Source: an uncultured Chloroflexia bacterium (GTDB taxonomy: Bacteria > Chloroflexota > Limnocylindria > Limnocylindrales > CSP1-4). From it: DNA of 64,000 nt. The position numbers and the translations under genes are program-made. The stretch spans positions 457,957 to 521,956 of the forward strand of contig CAWAAF010000010.1 of NCBI GenBank assembly GCA_963779905.1. The letters are read 5' to 3'. The notes beneath the pieces are model-generated. The model saw only the letters and a program-made list of their open reading frames with translations. It was not told the DNA's origin and did not search any database. Shown one piece after another: positions 57,718 through 64,000 of the stretch (position 1 is its first letter; each line of letters starts with the position of its first letter).

Positions 57718-58749
57718 TCAGAGCCAGGCGGAGAGATCCACCGGTTGGAGGCGCGGCGAGGCGGTGATGCCCGGGATCCGGCCGCGCTTGGCAATCGGCT
57801 TGCCGTCGATCTCTTTGAGGTCACCGGTGAAGTCGATGGGCCGAGCGCCGGCGATGTACGACCCCACGGCGTACGAGTCGACCGGTGCGCCGTACAGCTT
57901 GAACTCGCCGATGCGGTCCGGCGTCATGCCACCCGAAACGATGATCTTCACGTCGCGATGGCCCGCCTGGTCAAGGCGAGCGCGGCACTCCTCGACCAGC
58001 GCCGGTGTGACGCGGCCGCGCTCGACCGGTGTGTCGAGGCGGATGCCATACAGACGATCACCCAGCGCCTCGGCCACTCGCAGCGCCTCTTCGGCTTCGT
58101 CGCGGAATGTGTCAACCAGCACGATGCGCGGCACGTCACCCGGCATGTGCCGGTCAAAAGCCTGCGCCGCCTGCACCGTGTCGCCAAAGATGAGCACCAG
58201 CGAATGGGGCATCGTGCCGGTGGGGGCCAGTCCGGCCAGTCGCGCGCCGGCGGGCGTCGACGCGCCCACGCAACCGCCGACGATGGCCGCGTAGTCGAGC
58301 GCGTGGCTGACATCCGGGTGGACGTGGCGCGCGCCGAAACTGATGACCGGCTGCGGCGCAGCCGCATCGACGCACTCCTGGGCGGCCGTCGCCCAGCCCG
58401 TCATCTGTGCCATCAGGCCCAGGATTGCCGTCTCGTACAGCGCGAACGCGCGATAGCGGGCGCGGATGCGCAGTACGACTTCCTTGGGCGAGATGACGTC
58501 ACCATCGGCCAGCGCTTCGACCCGGGCGTCATCGACCGCCGCGTCGGCCAGCACTTTGGCCAGCAGCGACTTCGCCTCGTCGATGCCGCACAGCACGGCG
58601 TCGCGCCGGGCGAAGACCTCCATCGCGACAACCGGATCGAGGTTCTCCGCTTCCAGGATGTCTTCGGCATTCTTGAAGTAGACGTCCGCCGAATCGGCCG
58701 ATAACACGGCGCTGGACAGTGGGCGCCGGGTATGCGGAATGCTGGTCAC
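57718..58749 (-). CDS. short nicotinate phosphoribosyltransferase-like (type II PRTase family)
   Basis: A 343-aa product with a NAPRT/QPRT-like barrel (…IVLVDTFRDEAEEALRVAE…IRLDTP…VKIIVSGGM…). Confidence 0.7.
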   Translation of the reverse strand: MTSIPHTRRPLSSAVLSADSADVYFKNAEDILEAENLDPVVAMEVFARRDAVLCGIDEAKSLLAKVLADAAVDDARVEALADGDVISPKEVVLRIRARYRAFALYETAILGLMAQMTGWATAAQECVDAAAPQPVISFGARHVHPDVSHALDYAAIVGGCVGASTPAGARLAGLAPTGTMPHSLVLIFGDTVQAAQAFDRHMPGDVPRIVLVDTFRDEAEEALRVAEALGDRLYGIRLDTPVERGRVTPALVEECRARLDQAGHRDVKIIVSGGMTPDRIGEFKLYGAPVDSYAVGSYIAGARPIDFTGDLKEIDGKPIAKRGRIPGITASPRLQPVDLSAWL

Positions 58750-58836
58750 GGTCGTTGCTGGGGCCTCGATAGCTGAGCCGGGTGGGCAGCCGCTGAAGGT
58801 GGGCGCGAGTTTAGCAGGGCCGATTCGGGCGGCCGA

Positions 58837-60322
58837 CTAGGGCGACGGCGTAGGCGACGGGTAGTTCAGCCCGCCAGCGGTGTCTGCCCAGTAGGCGAAG
58901 AGGTCGGCGAACGGAACGCCACTGTCCGCCGATGCGTAACCAGTACCGAGGATGAGTGCCGGTTCGTGCGTCCAGTACATCCACGAGCCGTCGGCGACCA
59001 CGCCGGCGACGCGGCCGGCCGGATCGTAGCCGTTGACCTTATACGGCCCCTCGCAGGGCAGCGGCGACGGCGCGTCAAAGCAGTTCGCGACTTCGCGCGC
59101 GATATTGCGGTACTGCAGCCAACCGTCATACGAAGCGTTGAGCGAATCGACGTCCGGATAGGCGGCGTACCAGAAGCTGAAGCTCTGCTCGCCAGAGGTC
59201 ACGAAGCAAAAGAGCTGCGGCGTGTCGAAGGTGCTCGTTTCCTCACAACTGTCGGCGACGTCAGCTGGGCACGACCGCCCAGATCGGCGTGAACGCAGAC
59301 TCCGGGTAGGGCGTGCGACTCGGCACCGGAGTCGGCGAACCCACTGAGTCTGTCGCCGTGGGCTGGTCGGTTGGCTGATCAGTCGGTGCTTCTGTTGGCT
59401 GGTCGGTGGGCTCGTCGGTCGGTTGGTCGGTCGGCTGCTCGGTCGGCTCCAGGGTCGGCGTTGGCGTGGCGACGGCGGTCACGGCGAACGGCCCAACATG
59501 CAGGAGGGCCATCAGCACGAGGCCGACAACCGCCACGGTGACCAGGCCGGCCAGACCCAGCAGCAGCGGCGAGCTGCGTTTCTCTGGCTGCGGCTGGCTG
59601 TAGCTGTAGGCCGGAGCTGGGTAGCTCGGGTAGACCGGCTGGACCGGCGGCGGCGAGTAGCCGCTGTCGGCCGGAGGAATCGGTGGTTGCGCGGCGAATG
59701 CCTGCGTTGGCGGCGGAGGCGGCGCAACGACTGGCGGCGGCGGAGTTGTGGCCTCCGTCGGCGTGGGCGGCGCCGAGGCGGCCGCCGCGCTGGCCGCCGC
59801 CGCGGTGGCGGTTGGGGTGATGGCGGCCGTCGACGCGGGCTTTGGGTGGCGCTGCTTGTCGATCGTGCGCAGCGCCCGGACCAGCGAACTCAGGTCGCTC
59901 TCGAAAGTCGAGTGCGATATGCGGATGGCGTGACGCCGCAGCAGCGGCTTCAGCGATTCGGGCAGCTCCGCGCTTGCTGGCATCGATGCGCCTTCGACCA
60001 GCACCGGGATGACGGGCTTGTCATTGCGCAGGGCGGCCTCGATCTCGAGCCGAACGCGATCGAACTCCTTGCTCAGGCGCGACTCGCCCTGCTCGTCCTT
60101 TGCCCCGACCCACTCCGGTCCGATGATCGCCAGCAGCACGTCGCTGCGCGTGACGGCCGCCTCTACCGCCTCGACCCAGTCTTCGCCCGGACGAAGACTG
60201 TCGACGTCCATGAAGATGTTTTCACGCCCAAAACGCCGGCGCAGCGCGTCGTATAGCCGGCCGGCGTCGGCGCTCGCGTCGGCCCGTCTGTAGCTGATGA
60301 AAACGGTGAGATCGTCGTTCAT
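58837..60322 (-). CDS. membrane-anchored TIR-domain protein: N-terminal cytoplasmic TIR - TM - extracellular PT(D/E)QPT repeats - Cys-containing C-terminal domain (apparent frameshift near 59270)
   Basis: The TIR_2-like pattern is VFISYRRADASADAGRLYDALRRRFGRENIFMDVDSLRPGEDWVEAVEAAVTRSDVLLAIIGPEWV. The TM segment is LLLGLAGLVTVAVVGLVLMALL. The repeats are PTEQPTDQPTDEPTDQPTEAPTDQPTDQPT. The upstream frame of ORF 58837..59202 is open, suggesting one gene. Confidence 0.7.
59350..59452. repeat. tandem 12/18-nt repeats (GGTCGGTTGGTCGGTCGGCTG…) encoding the PT(D/E)QPT motif array
   Basis: Read directly from the sequence, inside the TIR protein gene. Confidence 0.6.
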
Positions 60323-60411
60323 GTGCCTCTTGCCCGGAATTTGACGCTATCACATGGGAAGGTGCGCCGGACCAGCCAGAACGCGTCGGCGCTTTCGTAA
60401 ACTCCGGCCAC
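60323..60411. promoter_or_regulatory. divergent promoter region between the TIR gene and the SLOG-SLATT gene
   Basis: An 89-nt gap separates divergently oriented starts and contains TTGACG (60340-60345). No clear -10 element could be called by eye. Confidence 0.3.
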
Positions 60412-62126
60412 GTGACAACGACCGGCCAGCATGAACCGCGCGTAACGGCGATCCCGGCCAACGGGCCCATGGAACGCGTCGTGACGAGCGCGGGCCTCGC
60501 CATCGGCCGGCCCGTGGTCGTCCTGATTGGCGGCGCGGCAAAGCTCGACGACACCGTCGCCGACCTGCGCGCTCTGATCCGCGACGGCGTGATCGCAACG
60601 GCCCAGGCAGAAGGGGCGACGGTCGTCGACGGTGGAACCGACTCGGGCGTAATGGCCATCGCCGGCCAGGCCCGAGCTGAGCTTGGCGCCACGCTGCCGC
60701 TCGTCGGCGTTGCCCCCATCGCCAAGGTCGCCGTGCCCGGCTCGAGCGCGGGCAAGGGCACGACGAACGTCGAGCCAAACCACACCCACGTTTTGCTCGC
60801 GCCGGGCGACGAGTGGGGCTCCGAATCGCCGTGGCTGATCAGCGCCGCGCGCGTCCTGGGCGGCACGCGACCAGTGGTCGTCGTGCTCATCGATGGTGGA
60901 CCGCTGGCGCTGCAGGAAGCGATGGCCGCGGCGGCACAGGGCTGGCCGCTACTGACCATCGCCGGTACCGGCCGGACCGCGGATGTCCTGGCCAGTTACT
61001 CGGCCGGCTTCGACGGGTCCGCTTCAGGCTCCGGCCGGCAGCGCGGCGCGATTTACGTCCTCGACGCCGACGAGGGTCCAGCTGCGCTGGCCGACATGCT
61101 GGGCGGTCTGCTGCGAGGGAAGAAACCGGCGGTCAGGCAACGTGAGAGCCCGACCGAACCGGAGAAGATCGAATATCCCGCCCTCTATGCCGCCGCGGCC
61201 GACGCGGCGCGGCGCGGGCAGCGAAGCTACAAACGGCTGTCGGCGGCCGAACTGGGCCTGACGCTGCTCGCTCTCATCATCAGCTTCCTGGCCAGCGTGA
61301 CCATCGTGCTCGCCGCTCTGACGACGGGCCTGCGCGAGGCGCTCGACGGCGGTGTCGTGATCGTCGCCGCGCTCTTTTTCCTGCTTGGCGCTGATGATCA
61401 AATTCCTTACCCGATCCTCGTCCTATGACGATGACTGGTTCAATGGCCGCGCCATCGCCGAGACGGTCAAGAGCACGGCCTGGCGCTACATGATGCGAGT
61501 CCCGCCATTCGCCGGTGACGACGCCGATGACGAGCTGACCAGCGAGCTGGCCGCGCCTACTCAACGACAGTGCCGGCCTGCGCCACGCTGTCAGAAACCT
61601 ACCCGGCGATGCGCACCAGCTAACCGCGTCGATGCACACCGTCCACGACCTGGACTTCGATGGACGGCGGCGCGTGTACGTCAACCGCCGGCTGCTCGAG
61701 CAGGCTCACTGGTATCGCCAACGCAGCGCAAAGCACTCACGTTCGGCGGGCCGCTGGTTCTGGGTGGCGATCGTCTGCCAGGTGCTGGCCGTGCTCAGCG
61801 CACTGCTCGCGCTGGCCGCGGTCGCGGCGCATCAAAACTCGGACGTCATCACTCCTGTTACGAGAGCGATGTCACTGCTGGCGTCACTTGCCATCGCCGT
61901 CACCGCCTGGACGCAGCTGAGCCGGGACGACGAGCTGGCGCGTTCCTACGCAGTCTCGTTGCAGGAGCTGCTGTTGATCGCCGGCGCCGCCGAGCGCGCC
62001 AAGACCGAGGAAGTCTTCGCCGCCGTGGTGCGCGATGGCGAGGGCGCCATCTCCCGCGAGAACGGTGCCTGGGTCACCAAGCGCACCGAGCGGCACGAAT
62101 CGATCGAGTTCGGGCGCGCCGACTAG
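60412..62126 (+). CDS. SLOG-like (LOG/DprA/TRPM-type Rossmann) nucleotide-sensor domain fused to a 4-TM membrane module with a SLATT-like C-terminus (two apparent frameshifts near 61400 and 61560)
   Basis: The N-terminal ~250 aa contain a Gly-rich Rossmann signature …VVVLIGGAAKLDD…ATVVDGGTDSGVMAIAGQA… and …VVVVLIDGGPLALQEAMAAA…TIAGTGRTADVL. TM pairs follow at ~61260-61400 and ~61740-61900, then …ELARSYAVSLQELL…. Homology-like reading continues through three frames. Confidence 0.6.
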
Positions 62127-62699
62127 TGGCAACCGCATCGGCGCCCATTGCCAGGCCGGCCCAGCCAAAAGGCTGGCTAGCCACGTTGGGCGTGCTGGCA
62201 GTCATGCTCGGCATTGTCGGCGCGGGTTTCGTCGCCGCCGCCGCGTTGTCGTCGGTGCCGGACAAGCCCATCACAGTCGCCGACGGGGTTCAGGTGGTCA
62301 TCCCAGCGCAGTGGGAGTTCGTCGGCCGCAGCGACGACGGCAAGACCATCGAGCTGACGCGCGGCAACGCCACGGTCGACGTCACGGTGGTCGAGGATTC
62401 CGACGAGACGACTGCCCTTGAGCACGTTCGCGCCGACTGGGCACAAATTCCGACCCTTTCTATGGGCGACATTGGGCCCGTCGCCGACGCCCGCACTGAC
62501 GGCAAACCAGCCGCGCGATTTGCCTATTCCGGCACGATCCCCGGTGCTGGGCCTGCCGGGGGCGGTCGAGGGCGAGGTGACCGCCGTCCGGGGCAGCGAC
62601 AGCGTGGCGGTCGTGTTCGACGCGTGGGCGGGCCAGGGCGAGTTCGCCAATGCCAGCGACGCGATCGCCAGGATCATTCGCGAGACGACCATTCCATGA
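62127..62699 (+). CDS. hypothetical membrane-anchored extracytoplasmic protein (apparent frameshift near 62540)
   Basis: A GTG start directly follows the SLOG-SLATT stop. There is an N-terminal TM helix (LATLGVLAVMLGIVGAGFVAAAAL), and the C-terminus is in ORF 62418..62699. Confidence 0.4.
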
Positions 62700-64000
62700 C
62701 GGACGCCGTGCAGACCCTGCAGCCGCCGCCCCCGCCACCGCGGGCGCTCACTGTCGGGCCGCGCCGAGCTCCGCGCTGGGGCGTCCAGACCGGCCTGCTC
62801 CAGCCCGGCCAACCGGCGTTCTGGCTGTACGTGATGCTGACCGTGCTCGGCCTGCTCTACGCCGTTTTCGTGCAGCTGGCCGAGCTACTGGTCTCGCCCG
62901 CCGGCTGGCTGGTGTCGTGGGCGCTGCTGCTGCTCTACATCGTGCCGGTGCTGCTGGTGATCAGGTTCCTCGACGCGTACGAGCGCGAGCCGCGCTCGAT
63001 GATGTTCGGCGCGTTCGTGTGGGGCTTCGTCGTCGCCTTCCTCTTCGGCGGCCTGAGTAACGACCTGTGGGGCATCGTCATCAGCAAGCTCGGCGGCGCG
63101 GAGTTTGCGGCCAACTGGAGCGCGGCCCTGACCGCGCCGGTCAACGAAGAGATCTACAAGTACCTGGGCCTGGTCGTGCTGTTCCTGATCGCGCGCACCG
63201 AGTTCGACGATCTGCTGGACGGCTTCGTCTATGGCGCGTTGATCGGTCTCGGCTTCGCCGTGGCCGAAGACCTCATGTATTTCATCTTCAACTTCGGCGG
63301 CAGTGTTGCCGACGTCATCCAGGGCTTCTATGTCCGCGTCGTGCTGTCCGGCCTGTACGGGCACGTCACGTTCACGGGCATCGCCGGCATTGGCTTCGCC
63401 TACTTCGTGACAAGGCGTGGAGATAAGTCGTTCGGGCGGCGGCTGGCCGTCGCCATCGGGCTGCTGCTCGTTGCGATGGCCGCGCACTTCGTGTGGAACT
63501 CACCGCTCTTCGACGGCCTGCCGATCTTGCTCTACGTGACCGTCAAGGGCTTGCCCTTCCTGATCGGGCTGATCGTCCTGCTCTACCTCGCCCGCAAGCG
63601 CGAGAACGACGACCTGGCCGCCATCCTGGCCAACGAGAAGGGTCAGGCCGGGCTGCTCGATATCGAGATGGACGATCTGCGCAGCTGGCGCGTGCGGCGC
63701 CAGACGAGCAAGCGCGTGGCCAAGGCGGCCGGACCTGCCGCGGCGCGTCTGTTCAACCAGCTGCAGAAGGAGCAGCTCAAGCTGGCGCTGGTGGCCAGCT
63801 CGGTCGACTCGAACGAGGACGCGTCGTTGCTGGCGCAGCGAGCGCGCTGCCAGGACCTGCGCTTCCAGCTGTGGCAGATCCCGGGAGCGACCGCCGCGCT
63901 CGGGTTGACGCCCGACGCGGTCGACGCCGCCCACTTGGCCGCGCCTCCGCCGTGGTCCCCCAGCGGCACAGTCGTGCAGGGCGGCGCATGGGCCATGGCC
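62696..64000 (+). CDS. PrsW-family intramembrane metalloprotease, 3' partial
   Basis: ATG at 62696 overlaps the previous TGA. The PrsW motifs EEIYKYLGL…, FGFAVAEDLMYF and HVTFTGIAGIGFAYF are present. The frame is open to the window end. Confidence 0.75.
   Translation, partial: MTDAVQTLQPPPPPPRALTVGPRRAPRWGVQTGLLQPGQPAFWLYVMLTVLGLLYAVFVQLAELLVSPAGWLVSWALLLLYIVPVLLVIRFLDAYEREPRSMMFGAFVWGFVVAFLFGGLSNDLWGIVISKLGGAEFAANWSAALTAPVNEEIYKYLGLVVLFLIARTEFDDLLDGFVYGALIGLGFAVAEDLMYFIFNFGGSVADVIQGFYVRVVLSGLYGHVTFTGIAGIGFAYFVTRRGDKSFGRRLAVAIGLLLVAMAAHFVWNSPLFDGLPILLYVTVKGLPFLIGLIVLLYLARKRENDDLAAILANEKGQAGLLDIEMDDLRSWRVRRQTSKRVAKAAGPAAARLFNQLQKEQLKLALVASSVDSNEDASLLAQRARCQDLRFQLWQIPGATAALGLTPDAVDAAHLAAPPPWSPSGTVVQGGAWAMA

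Overview
The window is a 64 kb, roughly 70% GC bacterial chromosomal segment, probably from an Actinobacteriota-like high-GC Gram-positive lineage; no rRNA, tRNA, CRISPR array, IS element or prophage was detected. Order of content: (1) a contiguous de novo purine operon purC-purS-purQ-purL-purF-purM-purN-purH (1..8653). (2) A GT39-like glycosyltransferase, two tandem paralogous membrane histidine kinases with a NarL-type regulator, an orphan CheY-like receiver, a cluster of small stress and membrane proteins, and a large LAL/LuxR regulator (8.7-20.8 kb). (3) On the minus strand, PPK2, a P-type ATPase and an arginine deiminase operon arcA-arcB-arcC followed by NhaC-family and YfcC-family transporters (20.8-31 kb). 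(4) An SPFH protein, an AI-2E transporter, a holin-like/alkaline-phosphatase-like fusion and an MBL hydrolase (31-38 kb). (5) A candidate c-di-GMP-I (GEMM) riboswitch immediately upstream of an S8 peptidase / GGDEF-EAL operon (38.2-42.8 kb). (6) GNAT, thioredoxin and TfoX-N genes, then two tandem giant secreted LTD-Calx-beta-Big-repeat paralogs, one carrying an ExeM/NucH-type EEP nuclease domain (44.4-50.7 kb). (7) GlsB, a solo sugar ABC ATPase, a GAF-GGDEF protein with a DUF5317 partner, a NUDIX ADP-ribose pyrophosphatase, a TPR protein and a short NAPRT-like phosphoribosyltransferase (51-58.7 kb). (8) The most unusual locus (58.8-62.1 kb): a divergently transcribed pair made of a membrane-anchored TIR-domain protein and a SLOG-like Rossmann domain fused to a SLATT-like multi-TM module, which looks like a Thoeris-like nucleotide-signalling conflict system with a membrane effector. 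It is followed by a small membrane-anchored protein and a PrsW-family protease. Caveat: many essential genes (purL, purF, purM, arcC, and others) switch frame repeatedly while staying homologous; this is most simply explained by indel errors in the assembly, so gene boundaries are approximate.
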